Positions 16,113 to 25,412 of a stretch of 64,000 nt of DNA are shown here, piece by piece. Position 1 is the first letter of the stretch; the number at the start of each line of letters is the position of its first letter. This stretch comes from Desulfuromonadales bacterium (lineage in GTDB: Bacteria; Desulfobacterota; Desulfuromonadia; Desulfuromonadales; JAAYDE01). The position numbers and the translations under genes were made by a program. Below the pieces are notes generated by a model, which saw only the letters and a program-made list of their open reading frames with translations, was not told the origin of the DNA and ran no database searches. The stretch is from contig CAXXJQ010000002.1 in the NCBI GenBank assembly GCA_963665045.2, positions 22,728-86,727 of the forward strand, in the 5' to 3' direction.

Positions 16113-17792
16113 ATGAAAATGAGCGGCGCCGATCTCATTATCCACCTCATCGAACGCCAGGGAATCAAAACCCTGGCCGGCATCCCCGGCGGCTCCAACC
16201 TCCCTCTTTACGACGCCCTGGCCCGCCACGGAAGCATCCGTCATGTCCTCGCCCGCCATGAACAGGGCGCCGGTTTCATCGCCCAGGGGATGGCCCGGGT
16301 AACGGGCAGGCCACAGGTCTGTTTCGCCACCTCCGGGCCGGGTGCCACCAACCTGCTCACCGCCATTGCCGACGCCCGTCTCGATTCCATTCCCCTGGTC
16401 TGCATCACAGGCCAGGTTCCCCGCGCCATGATAGGCACTGACGCCTTTCAGGAAGTGGATACCTACGGTATGAGCGTACCCATCACCAAGCACAACTTTC
16501 TCGTTCGCTCCGCGCAGGAACTTTTCCAGGTCATTCCGACGGCTTTCAGGATTGCCGCTTCGGGGCGCCCGGGCCCTGTCCTTATAGATGTTCCCAAAGA
16601 CGTTCAATGTGAGGAAATCGAATTTGCCGCCTGGCCGACCCCCGGTTTGCCAGCTTCTCCTCCGGCCCTCGACTTCAACAGCATCGCTGCTGCAGCCGCT
16701 CTCATCAATGACGCATCCCGGCCGGTATTTTTACTTGGGGGAGGCGTCACCGCCAGTGAGCGTCACGCTATCAGGGGCCGAATAGAACGCACCGCTATTC
16801 CTGCCGCTGCGACTCTTATGGGCCTTTCAGCCCTCCCTTCCGAACACTCCCTGGCCCTCGGCCTGCTCGGCATGCACGGTGCCGTTTCCACCAATCTCGC
16901 TTTTGAGGAATGCGACCTGGTCATCGCCGCGGGGGTACGCTTTAACGACCGGACAACCGGCCGCCTAAAACATTTCTGTTCTCAGGCCAAGATCATTCAC
17001 GTCGATATCGACCGCTGTGAGATCGGCAAGTTGTGCCAGACCTGCCTCGGCCTGGTTGGCGATGTCGGCCAGGTTCTCGAAGCCCTTCTGCCCCTGGTCA
17101 AGACGCGTGCCGCTTCTGCCTGGACGAAAAGGATCGCCAAACTCAAAGCCCTTCATCCTCTGCCGGCCTCAAATCCTGGAGATTTTCCTTCGCCGCGCAC
17201 CCTGATCCGACTGGTGGCTGAACATCTCGATGATCGGGCCATTATTGTGACAGATGTCGGTCAGCACCAGATGTGGACAGCCCAAACCTTCCCTTTTTGC
17301 GGCAGTCAACAGTGGCTGACCTCCGGCGGGCTCGGCACCATGGGTTTTGGAATTCCTGCCGCCATCGGCGCCGCTCTTGCGGCACCGGAACGAACCGTTG
17401 TCAGTTTCAGCGGCGACGGCAGCGCCATGATGAATCTTCAGGAACTGGCGACAGCTGTCGAAGAAAACGCCAATATAAAAATATTCCTCATGAACAACAA
17501 TAGCCTTGGTCTGGTCAGACAGCAGCAGTCCCTCTTTTTCGGTAACCGCCGCTTTGCCTCCGGCTTTTCCAGGCAGCCCGACTTCTGCGCGCTGGCTCGC
17601 AGCTTCGGAATGCCGGCCTGGGATCTAGGTGACGAAGACCCCCGGCTGAAAATCGCCGAAGCCCTGGGAACTCCCGGACCGGCCCTTATCCACGCCCCCA
17701 TACAGGAAGCCGATGTTTTCCCCATTGTTCCGCCCGGAGAGGCAAACCGCAATATGATTCAGGGAGGATGCCATGCCCACATCGCCATCTGA
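16113..17792 (+). CDS. ilvB: Acetolactate synthase (AHAS) large subunit
   Basis: 559 aa with ThDP-enzyme motifs (GIPGGSNLPLYDAL, GPGATNL, GLGTMGFGIPAAIGA, SGDGSAMMNLQEL). AGGAG RBS. Confidence 0.9.
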   Translation: MKMSGADLIIHLIERQGIKTLAGIPGGSNLPLYDALARHGSIRHVLARHEQGAGFIAQGMARVTGRPQVCFATSGPGATNLLTAIADARLDSIPLVCITGQVPRAMIGTDAFQEVDTYGMSVPITKHNFLVRSAQELFQVIPTAFRIAASGRPGPVLIDVPKDVQCEEIEFAAWPTPGLPASPPALDFNSIAAAAALINDASRPVFLLGGGVTASERHAIRGRIERTAIPAAATLMGLSALPSEHSLALGLLGMHGAVSTNLAFEECDLVIAAGVRFNDRTTGRLKHFCSQAKIIHVDIDRCEIGKLCQTCLGLVGDVGQVLEALLPLVKTRAASAWTKRIAKLKALHPLPASNPGDFPSPRTLIRLVAEHLDDRAIIVTDVGQHQMWTAQTFPFCGSQQWLTSGGLGTMGFGIPAAIGAALAAPERTVVSFSGDGSAMMNLQELATAVEENANIKIFLMNNNSLGLVRQQQSLFFGNRRFASGFSRQPDFCALARSFGMPAWDLGDEDPRLKIAEALGTPGPALIHAPIQEADVFPIVPPGEANRNMIQGGCHAHIAI

Positions 17793-18126
17793 TGTGTCAA
17801 ACGACGCAACGATCCACCAACCGTTCACGATCCTGGAACTGACGGTCGCCAACCATCCAGGCGTTCTCTCTCATATCTGCAACCTTTTTGCGCGCCGCGC
17901 ATTCAACCTTGAAGGCGTCCTCTGCATGCCGGTGGGGGACGGAGATGAAAGCCGCATTTGGCTGCGGGTCAGGGAGAACAGTCGCCTGGATCAGCTTCTT
18001 AACCAGATCGCCAAGCTCTGGGATGTTAGAAAGGTCCGCAGAGGCCGGACGGATAGCCGGCTGTTCAGGCAATTGGAGGATTTTTTCAGAACGGAATGTT
18101 CCGGCACAGATAACAACAGTATTTAG
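17773..18126 (+). CDS. ilvN: Acetolactate synthase small (regulatory, ACT-domain) subunit, short IlvN type
   Basis: 117 aa. LELTVANHPGVLSHICNLFARRAFNLEGV is an ACT-domain pattern. It overlaps the ilvB end by 20 nt. Confidence 0.8.
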   Translation: MPTSPSDVSNDATIHQPFTILELTVANHPGVLSHICNLFARRAFNLEGVLCMPVGDGDESRIWLRVRENSRLDQLLNQIAKLWDVRKVRRGRTDSRLFRQLEDFFRTECSGTDNNSI

Positions 18127-18180
18127 AAAGCGATCAGCACCTTGCCAATTGCCTTCAGATTGCGCTGCCCTATTGTCAAC

Positions 18181-18290
18181 ATAAAATATTTATTTTTATT
18201 CGTTCTTATCTATTTTTATCGATATTTATAATTATTAATTTTAATTGATTATTTTTTTTATTTCTTTATAATTGCTGATATATATGCTCG
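18181..18290. promoter_or_regulatory. AT-rich iteron-like region upstream of the parA-like gene (candidate partition site/promoter)
   Basis: About 110 nt of almost pure A/T with repeated TATTTTTAT(T/C) units and a TATCGATA palindrome (18217..18224). It lies immediately before the GGGAGG RBS of the ParA gene. Confidence 0.35.
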
Positions 18291-18300
18291 AGGGAGGAAT

Positions 18301-18945
18301 ATGGTTATAAGTGTCGCGAGTGAAAAAGGGGGCGCCGGGAAAACCACCATAGCCTTTCAGCTGGCGGTTCTTTTCGCCCAGCAAGGAAAAGAGGTTCTAA
18401 TGGTTGATGCCGACCCCCAAGGGTCGGCGGCAGAGGTGGCAGCGGTCCGAGCCGAGGAAAACCACCATCCGGAAATCACCTGCGTTGCCCTGACCGGCAA
18501 GGGACTGGCCAATGAGGTCCGCAAGCTGATCCCTAAATACGAGATAATCGTCATCGACGCCGGCGGCCGTGACAGCGCTGCCTTGCGCAGTGCCCTCCTG
18601 GTCACGGAAAAGGTGCTCGTTCCTGTGCTGCCCGGACAATTGGATGCCTGGACCCTGGAAACCATGGACGATCTCATCGATCAGGCTCTGGGCTTTAATC
18701 CACAATTGAAAGGCTGCCTAGTGCTCAACAAGGTGGACACCCATCCGGCCGTGCGTATGGCGGATGCCGTGGCCGAGTTCGCGGCCGATCTTCCCCACCT
18801 CAAGCTGCTGCGCAGCCGCCTCGGATACCGCATGGCCTTTCGCCGCTCCATTGCCGAGGGGTTGGCCGTCAATGAAGGGCGCCCCAGAGATTCCAAAGCC
18901 ATCGCCGAAGTTGAAAGTTTGTTTAGTGAGGTATGTAATGCCTAA
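18301..18945 (+). CDS. ParA/Soj-family partition ATPase, small plasmid-type (type Ib)
   Basis: 214 aa. Deviant Walker A SEKGGAGKTT, Walker A' VLMVDADPQG and Walker B IIVIDAGG. Confidence 0.85.
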   Translation: MVISVASEKGGAGKTTIAFQLAVLFAQQGKEVLMVDADPQGSAAEVAAVRAEENHHPEITCVALTGKGLANEVRKLIPKYEIIVIDAGGRDSAALRSALLVTEKVLVPVLPGQLDAWTLETMDDLIDQALGFNPQLKGCLVLNKVDTHPAVRMADAVAEFAADLPHLKLLRSRLGYRMAFRRSIAEGLAVNEGRPRDSKAIAEVESLFSEVCNA

Positions 18946-19207
18946 GGACACAATCCGCACCCGGCGTCACCGGGCGCGCACGGAAGATGAATTCATTGAA
19001 GGGGCTAAAGCTGATCGGGAGCCGGGCAAAAAGCCGGGAAAAGCCGGCCGCCCTGCCAAGCATACCGAAACAACCAAGCTGAAAGCTTTCAACCTGCCCT
19101 TGTCCATGATCAGCCAGATCGAGGAAGAGGCCGAAGAACTGACTGCCGGAAACGCTTCAGCCCTGATAATGCGCATTCTACAGGACTATTTCCGTAAGAA
19201 AAAATAA
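18938..19207 (+). CDS. ParG-like ribbon-helix-helix partner protein with a basic disordered N-terminus
   Basis: 89 aa from the internal ATG, overlapping the parA stop by 8 nt. The Arg/Lys-rich N-tail is followed by KAFNLPLSMISQIEEEAEELTAGNASALIMRILQDYF (RHH pattern). Confidence 0.6.
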   Translation: MPKDTIRTRRHRARTEDEFIEGAKADREPGKKPGKAGRPAKHTETTKLKAFNLPLSMISQIEEEAEELTAGNASALIMRILQDYFRKKK

Positions 19208-19258
19208 CTTTTCCGTACCGAAAGGGATTCAGCATTTATCTGCTGCTGCAGGCGTATG

Positions 19259-19915
19259 TCAATCCTCTGAATCAAAATCGATGTTGGGGTAATGAGCCTT
19301 TCGGCATTCCGGGCAGATACCGTGACTGAAGCGGGCATCGGAATAACGTTCGATATAATCCTCCAGGCGGTCCCAGGCTTCGTCGTCCTTGCGGATTTTA
19401 TGACAGTGCATGCAGATGGGGATAATTCCCTGCAGCATTTGTACATGAGCCAGGGCATGCTCCAGGTCTTCAATCTTTTCGGCGAGGTCGAGCTGAATAG
19501 TAACCATTCTCTCGGCGACACGAATACGTGCCTGCAGTTCTTGGGTGTCGAAAGGTTTGGCGATATAATCGTCAGCCCCGGCGTTGAACCCTTCAACGGT
19601 GTCTTCAGGGGTGTTGCGGCCGGTCAGCATAATCACATAAATCGGAGTTGAAGATCTGAGTTGCCTGACTCTGCGACAGACCTCAAGACCATCGAGCCCC
19701 GGCATTTCCCAATCCAGCAAGACCACCTTGGGAGCATCCTGCTGCTGTAAAGCATCCCAGGCTTCTATACCGTTACTGACACTGACGACAGAATAACCCC
19801 ACTTCACCAAAATTTTCTGATATATCAAACGGGTCGCGGCATCATCATCAGCAATTAAAATTTTTATTTTCCTGTCGTTAGAGTCAGCCTTCAAGTTCAT
19901 TTCCGGCAGCCCCAT
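19259..19915 (-). CDS. Response regulator: REC domain + coiled coil + C-terminal Cys4 (PICxxC...HGICPxC) module
   Basis: REC motifs are KILIADDD, VLLDWEMPGLDG and YIAKPF. The C-terminus reads IIPICMHCHKIRKDDEAWDRLEDYIERYSDARFSHGICPECRKA. Start at Met29 (GGGAG RBS); the track ORF extends to 19999. Confidence 0.8.
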   Translation of the reverse strand: MGLPEMNLKADSNDRKIKILIADDDAATRLIYQKILVKWGYSVVSVSNGIEAWDALQQQDAPKVVLLDWEMPGLDGLEVCRRVRQLRSSTPIYVIMLTGRNTPEDTVEGFNAGADDYIAKPFDTQELQARIRVAERMVTIQLDLAEKIEDLEHALAHVQMLQGIIPICMHCHKIRKDDEAWDRLEDYIERYSDARFSHGICPECRKAHYPNIDFDSED

Positions 19916-20356
19916 AGGCTGTGCTCCCTGTTGTCGTTCTTTTGCCAGGAAAAGAGGCCTTAAGCCATCCAAAGGTTTTTTCCTGAAACGAGAAATCATC
20001 CTGGCAATGCTAATAGTTTATCATAAAAAGCCTCTCAGTTATGGGCCCAGAGGAAAGCCTAATAGGAAACAGGGAGGTGCCGCGCCTTTTCCATGCCATC
20101 CTTTGACCTTTAACAACGACGGGTATGCTTGACGGAAAAAACGTCCCCTACCTTACAAAGAAAACAGTTCCATTGATTTTTTAAAAAAAGGATTTCTTCT
20201 TCTGGCATGACAGCCGTTCCTTCTCTCCCACAAAAAAATGTTTCCTGCTCATTTCAAAAATTTTGAAAAATTAGAGTATAATATTGATTAACTATAGAAA
20301 TGTTAATCATCAGCACCACCTCTATTTGTTTGAGAACGCATAATAAAGGAGGCGTG

Positions 20357-20644
20357 ATGTATTTTCAGGATTTCAATGCAGCTTTAGAAAAGCTTCGCCA
20401 GGAGGGCGGATTTATCAAACACCATTTCGCTGCCGGAAAATTCGAGATATTTTGGGAAGTATCCCACAACATCGGCTGCCAAAGTGAACTGGATAATTTC
20501 ATTACTACCTGTCATGCCTTGGCAAAAGGGGGACTGACGGAAAAAGACGTAAAAAAAGAGCTGAAAAAGCTCCATTTTAATATTCCCGGCTGGACCAGCG
20601 ACACCCTGCGGGAAAAATACATCCATATCGTCATGGAAGATTGA
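20357..20644 (+). CDS. Hypothetical protein, 95 aa
   Basis: AAAGGAGG RBS before the internal ATG (MYFQDFNAALEKL...). I recognise no family. The TATAAT at 20277..20282 is preceded by the TTTCAAAAATTTTGAAA palindrome. Confidence 0.45.
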   Translation: MYFQDFNAALEKLRQEGGFIKHHFAAGKFEIFWEVSHNIGCQSELDNFITTCHALAKGGLTEKDVKKELKKLHFNIPGWTSDTLREKYIHIVMED

Positions 20645-20708
20645 ACCTGCTGTGTCAGTAGTGAATCAAGCTTTGGATAGAATCTTGGGAAAGGCTGCTA
20701 ATAGTACG

Positions 20709-22295
20709 TTAAAGGCTGGCACGGCACCGGGTAAAATCCTGGAGCGGGAAAAAGCTAAAACGATTACGTCCCAGGCTTTTGGAATTGTAAACCGCTTTAT
20801 CGGCGACCTCGATCAGAATATCGTGATGATCAACAACCAATTCAGGCTCAAATGTGGTGCCCCCGACACTGACCGTAACCCGAAGGGAACGCTCGCCTGG
20901 ACCAATTTCCATATTTTCAATTCCCCTCCGAATCCGCTCCCCAAAAACCCTCAATCCGGCAGCATTCGTCTCAGGCAGAATAATAGCAAACTCTTCTCCT
21001 CCAAAACGCGCGAGGGCATCGGAGACCCGCGTCACCTTTCTCATCTGCTGGGCAATTCCTTTTAAGACCTGATCCCCGATAAGATGTCCGTATGTGTCGT
21101 TGACCCTTTTGAAATAATCGATGTCAAAGAAAAGAAGGGAGAGGTAATGCGAATAACGTTTGGAGCGCTCCAACTCCTGAGCAAGAATTTCGTGAAAATG
21201 GCGATGATTGTAAAGCCCCGTCAGTCCGTCTTCCAACGCCAGGGTGCGAAGCTTTTCGTTGGCCTTCATCAATTCCGACGCCAAATTTTCCGACTGTTTT
21301 TTTGCCCGCTGTAAATCCACAACGATCTGCTCATAAGAACAGTTCAGTTTACTTAACTCCTGATTGGCTTCCCGCAACATCTGGGAGAGAGGTCGTAAAT
21401 CTTTGGCTGCGACCTCGAAAGTTGAAAGAATCTCGACGGATTTCTCAGCGATTGAGTCGAGGAGTCCTTCTATTTCCTGGGGCGAAAGATGAATGTTTGC
21501 CTGCAGCCATTTTTGAATTTTCGGCAACCGTTCAGAAGTATCCAACCCCCAGTAAAGCGAGGATAAACGATTGGAAAGGTTAATCACGGAAATTCTGTCC
21601 TTCTCCTCCTCCGGACAGTCTTCAACATCATGGTGATACTGAATGGGCAAATAAATACACTCAGGCAATCCCCATTTTTTGAGTAATGCAGCCCCTAATT
21701 CCTGATGGTCGAAACCAAATATTTTTCGTTCCAGGGCCTGTACATCCTCCCCATCCATTTTTGAGGCTTCCATTACGCGGATAAAATCTTCAGGCCGTGT
21801 CAAAAACATGACCAAATACCCGATATCCTGAAGAAGGGCACTTACAAAGGTGTCATCATTTTTTTTCTTTAACTTGGTGGCAACCTCTTCAGCCGCCACC
21901 GCATTGATTACCGACTGGCGCCAAAATTCTTCAAAATCAAAAGCACCACCGGTGATATTTTTGAGTTCACTGGCTACTACAAAGGAAAGAGCTATATTTT
22001 TCAGGGCATTGGAGCCTAGGACAGTCATGGCCATTTCCAGGCTGTCAACCTTTCGGGACAGACCGTACATGGAAGAATTGGCAACCTGAAGAATTTTTGA
22101 AGTCAAGGCAGGGTCGTTGGAAACGATCCGGGCCAACTCACGAAGGGACCCCCGCTCCTTTTTTACCGAATCCAAGACCCGGACGGCGATGGCGGGTGGT
22201 GACGGCAAGATAATGGAGCTATTGAGAATTTTCTGAAGAGTATCTTTGCCGACATTTTTCTGGGGTTTTTCAATCGCTATGACTTTTCCGTTCAT
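20709..22295 (-). CDS. HDOD domain - coiled coil - GGDEF diguanylate cyclase
   Basis: 528 aa. N-terminal HDOD pattern (LPSPPAIAVRVLD...NDPALTSKILQVANSSMYG) and a C-terminal GGDEF domain with RFGGEEF. Confidence 0.85.
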   Translation of the reverse strand: MNGKVIAIEKPQKNVGKDTLQKILNSSIILPSPPAIAVRVLDSVKKERGSLRELARIVSNDPALTSKILQVANSSMYGLSRKVDSLEMAMTVLGSNALKNIALSFVVASELKNITGGAFDFEEFWRQSVINAVAAEEVATKLKKKNDDTFVSALLQDIGYLVMFLTRPEDFIRVMEASKMDGEDVQALERKIFGFDHQELGAALLKKWGLPECIYLPIQYHHDVEDCPEEEKDRISVINLSNRLSSLYWGLDTSERLPKIQKWLQANIHLSPQEIEGLLDSIAEKSVEILSTFEVAAKDLRPLSQMLREANQELSKLNCSYEQIVVDLQRAKKQSENLASELMKANEKLRTLALEDGLTGLYNHRHFHEILAQELERSKRYSHYLSLLFFDIDYFKRVNDTYGHLIGDQVLKGIAQQMRKVTRVSDALARFGGEEFAIILPETNAAGLRVFGERIRRGIENMEIGPGERSLRVTVSVGGTTFEPELVVDHHDILIEVADKAVYNSKSLGRNRFSFFPLQDFTRCRASL

Positions 22296-22748
22296 CTATC
22301 CCTCTAAAAATATTTCATTTTTATAAAAACAACTTTTGCAGACGACAATCGTTTTTCCATTGACCATGAAACGGTTTGGAGCAACCCAGAAGGGCCAATA
22401 ATCTCCGGACTTGACTAATTGGTCGCATGAAAGTTTCGTGCCGGTTTTTTATTGTATTTTTTCAGAATTTTTTTTTAGAGGAAAAGTTGTTATTATCTTG
22501 GTTCACAAGGCCAAAAAGCCCTATTCCAATGCTTAATAAGACCAACTCAACAATTGGAATAATTGTATAGCAACTGAATTGCCTGGGAAGTGATAATCAG
22601 CGAAGGAGACAAACAGGGTGATAATCCCCCTTTCAATTCGCTAAAAAACCTTGCAACTGGGTAAATTTTAGCCAGAAAGGGCTTAGCTGCGATCTTACAT
22701 TTGTAAAAACGTTGGACTGATTCAGTCCTATGACAGGCAAAGTCCCCA

Positions 22749-23852
22749 TTACAGCGCCGTTTCTGAAACATCTTTCTGAAACAAAAAGCGAAAAAACGTT
22801 TTTTCCGGCATTTGATGGACCATTTTCCCAAGCAAAAACACCACAGCCAGGGAAAAAACCAACCTGGCCCATAAAATACCGCTTAGATGCCCTCCTAAAA
22901 CCATCATGACCAGGGTATCCTCGACAATGCTGTGGCAAAGGCCCATTAAGGCAAGAGAAATAAAAACATCTTTACAGCCAAGCCGTCCGGATCGGGCTTC
23001 CTGAATAATAAGAGCACCGCCATAACTGAGACCGAGGCTCATACCGACAACCGTAATGGGTGCGGCCTTGGGACTCATCCCAAGGGCCCTGAGAAGAGGC
23101 TCCGTACTCCGGTTAATCATCTCCATGATGCCAAAGTGCTCAAGTATTCGCATGACCGCAAGTAAAAGCAGGATAATTAAAAAAATGTAGAACATATTGC
23201 GGATTTCCTCAGCCACCCAACCACCCCAGGAAGAATCACGGGAAGCCAGGGTGAAAAAAGTTTGATTGGCCTCCTGGAGCCAATTCCCCAACCCATAAAC
23301 GACATGCAGAGCCCAACCCAAAAAAAGGGCGGCGGCAATTCTAAGCAACACCATGACGAGGGCCTTTGAACCCGCTTTGTGGGCTATCTTAATTTCCACA
23401 GGTAAGGCATGCGCTATCAGCATCACCGTCGTTAGAATCGTTACCTGGGCAACAGTCAGCCCTGCTTCGGGAGCAACCGCTGCAAAAACAATCATTCCGG
23501 CATAGAGATTGGTCAGCATGGCTGTCCCCCAAACCAGTCCCATGCTGCCCGGCAGCCCGATCATTTCCATAACCGGACCGAGAAGCTCGCCGATAACCAC
23601 GGTAGCACCAAAATCATTTAACACTTTAGTCAGGATACTGATAGGAATGGTGATCCTGAATAAAACGAAGCTGGTGCGAAACGCATCGCAAAAAAGAGTT
23701 TTCAGTTTCGAGAAAAACAACTTCAATCCATGAGATAAATTTGGAGGTTGCTTTGCGCCATTTCTGCCAAGGGACAAGCCGATGATAGAAAACCATTCCC
23801 AATAAAGATACTGTTTTCTATTGTCAGAAAAGCCTCGCCACGGCCGGGGCAT
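22749..23852 (-). CDS. Nucleoside-recognition (Gate) domain membrane protein
   Basis: 367 aa and polytopic. LLGPVMEMIGLPGSMGLVWGTAMLTNLYAG resembles the FeoB-gate/nucleoside-recognition family. The start is uncertain. Confidence 0.55.
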   Translation of the reverse strand: MPRPWRGFSDNRKQYLYWEWFSIIGLSLGRNGAKQPPNLSHGLKLFFSKLKTLFCDAFRTSFVLFRITIPISILTKVLNDFGATVVIGELLGPVMEMIGLPGSMGLVWGTAMLTNLYAGMIVFAAVAPEAGLTVAQVTILTTVMLIAHALPVEIKIAHKAGSKALVMVLLRIAAALFLGWALHVVYGLGNWLQEANQTFFTLASRDSSWGGWVAEEIRNMFYIFLIILLLLAVMRILEHFGIMEMINRSTEPLLRALGMSPKAAPITVVGMSLGLSYGGALIIQEARSGRLGCKDVFISLALMGLCHSIVEDTLVMMVLGGHLSGILWARLVFSLAVVFLLGKMVHQMPEKTFFRFLFQKDVSETAL

Positions 23853-24247
23853 TCATAGCAAAAAGCCATTGGCGAGAATAATCACAAAATAATTTCAATA
23901 TGTCACCAAACTACCGGCCGGCAGCACCAGCCTAAGAATCCTTTTTTCTTTACCATCGGATCAACCGCCAAAATATTTTATAACGCAATAATATTCCATG
24001 CCTTTTTTAGATCAATTAACTTTTTGTTCATTTTTATATTTTGTTCACTAAAATGGAACTTTAAATTTTTTCAGTACAAATTTGAACAGACTCTTCTAAA
24101 CCCCCAATATTTCCCACCGAGGATTGCGTCACAGCAGGACAACGACTATATTGTTCAGGATGATTTTTGACCAAGGCGCCATTTTTTCAAAATCTGTGGC
24201 CCGGGGCAACAATCTGCAACCGGCCCTGAAAAAATTCCCGAGGAAAC

Positions 24248-24826
24248 ATGTCAACCTTTAAGCTCCTTGTCATTGCCGTGGCCCTGGCCATGGACGCATT
24301 TGCCATTTCAGTAGCTGTCGGCACCAGTCTGAAAAAAATTTCTTTTCGCCAGGTTTTCCGCCTTTCCTGGCATTTCGGGTTTTTCCAGGCCGCTATGCCG
24401 GTTCTCGGGTGGTGCGCCGGCCTGACGATCCGCGAGCAGATCGAACGCTACGATCACTGGATAGCCTTTGGCCTCCTCGCCTTTGTCGGCACCCATATGA
24501 TTCGCGAAGCCTTTTCAAAAGAGGAAAAAAGCAAACATGGAAGAAAAGATCCGACCAAGGGGGCGACCTTGATTATGCTCTCTCTGGCCACCAGTATCGA
24601 TGCCCTGGCTATCGGCCTGAGCCTTTCCCTGCTGAAAATCAGTATCTGGTACCCAGCCTTCTTTATTGGTATTGTCGCCGGCCTTTTCACCATGGCCGGG
24701 ATGCATATCGGCAGCCGGCTTGGCTCCCTGACCAGAATCAGCCATTTCGGCGAGGTAGCCGGTGGTATAGTTCTCTTTTTAATCGCTTTCAACATTCTCC
24801 ACGAACATGGGGCACTGCCCTTTTAA
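24248..24826 (+). CDS. mntP: Manganese efflux pump MntP
   Basis: 192 aa. LLVIAVALAMDAFAISVAVG and the second-half repeat SLATSIDALAIGLSL are the duplicated DUF204/MntP motifs. Confidence 0.85.
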   Translation: MSTFKLLVIAVALAMDAFAISVAVGTSLKKISFRQVFRLSWHFGFFQAAMPVLGWCAGLTIREQIERYDHWIAFGLLAFVGTHMIREAFSKEEKSKHGRKDPTKGATLIMLSLATSIDALAIGLSLSLLKISIWYPAFFIGIVAGLFTMAGMHIGSRLGSLTRISHFGEVAGGIVLFLIAFNILHEHGALPF

Positions 24827-24890
24827 CCCGGCTTTTTCATGATTGCTTAGTCATGGAAGCGTCAAGTGAACGCCATCTCAAACAACACCA

Positions 24891-24927
24891 ACAGGAAAAG
24901 GACCCAGTTTTCGGGTCCTTTTCCTGT
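24891..24927. terminator. Bidirectional terminator between mntP and the usp gene
   Basis: ACAGGAAAAGGACCC-AGTTTTC-GGGTCCTTTTCCTGT, a perfect 15-bp stem between convergent genes. Confidence 0.65.
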
Positions 24928-24956
24928 TAACAACCTGACTATTTAAGGCTTCAATA

Positions 24957-25412
24957 TTATTTTTTCTTTTCCACCGGCGTTCGGACAGTTAATACCGGGA
25001 CCGGAGATTTTCGAACCACTTTTTCAGCAGTGCTGCCAAACAGAACATGGTCGAGCCCGGTCCGCCCGTGGGTTCCGAGGACAATGAGGTCGGCCTGCAC
25101 TTCTTCGGCTTTTTTTATAATTCCCGCGAAAGGCAGCCCCCGTTCGATAGATGCTTCATGCTTGTCATAACTCTTAAGGTAGGTCTCGCAAAAACGATCC
25201 ATCATCTTCTGGGCTCCCTCCCGAACCTCCTCTTCAAGCTTTTCAAATGAGATATGGGGGACGTAAAACCCATTGAGATCAGTAGGCTCACTGATAACAT
25301 GAACAAGAACCAACAAGGCATCATACTTTTGGGCCAGATTCAGGGCATATTCAAAGGCATGATTGGAATTCTCCGAAAAATCGGTGGCAAAAACTATTTT
25401 TTTAAAATCCAT
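24957..25412 (-). CDS. Universal stress protein (UspA family)
   Basis: 151 aa. Motifs KIVFATDFS, LVLVHV, DLIVLGTHGRTGL and GSTAEKVVRKSPVPVL. Confidence 0.85.
   Translation of the reverse strand: MDFKKIVFATDFSENSNHAFEYALNLAQKYDALLVLVHVISEPTDLNGFYVPHISFEKLEEEVREGAQKMMDRFCETYLKSYDKHEASIERGLPFAGIIKKAEEVQADLIVLGTHGRTGLDHVLFGSTAEKVVRKSPVPVLTVRTPVEKKK

Noticed and set aside
15975-16607. 210-aa minus-strand ORF across the ilv attenuator and the ilvB 5' end
   Set aside because: It is antisense to ilvB and runs through the terminator hairpin. It is not coding.
19860-19985. Apparent frameshifts when hand-translating the 5' end of the response-regulator ORF (T-run lengths)
   Set aside because: My by-eye counts of two T homopolymers disagree with the computed ORF track by compensating +1/-1. 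I attribute this to my reading error, not biology, and I trust the track. This is why hand-derived coordinates carry a 1-2 nt uncertainty.
18130-20300. Integrated plasmid or genomic island around the ParA cassette
   Set aside because: No integrase, transposase, replication gene, tRNA target or direct-repeat boundaries are visible in the window. Only the AT-rich spacers and the ParA/RHH pair are unusual.
23990-24247. Expected a yybP-ykoY (Mn2+) riboswitch upstream of mntP
   Set aside because: I could not find the conserved GGGGAGTAG / GAGAGAC-type cores on the + strand. A covariance-model scan (Rfam RF00080) would be decisive.
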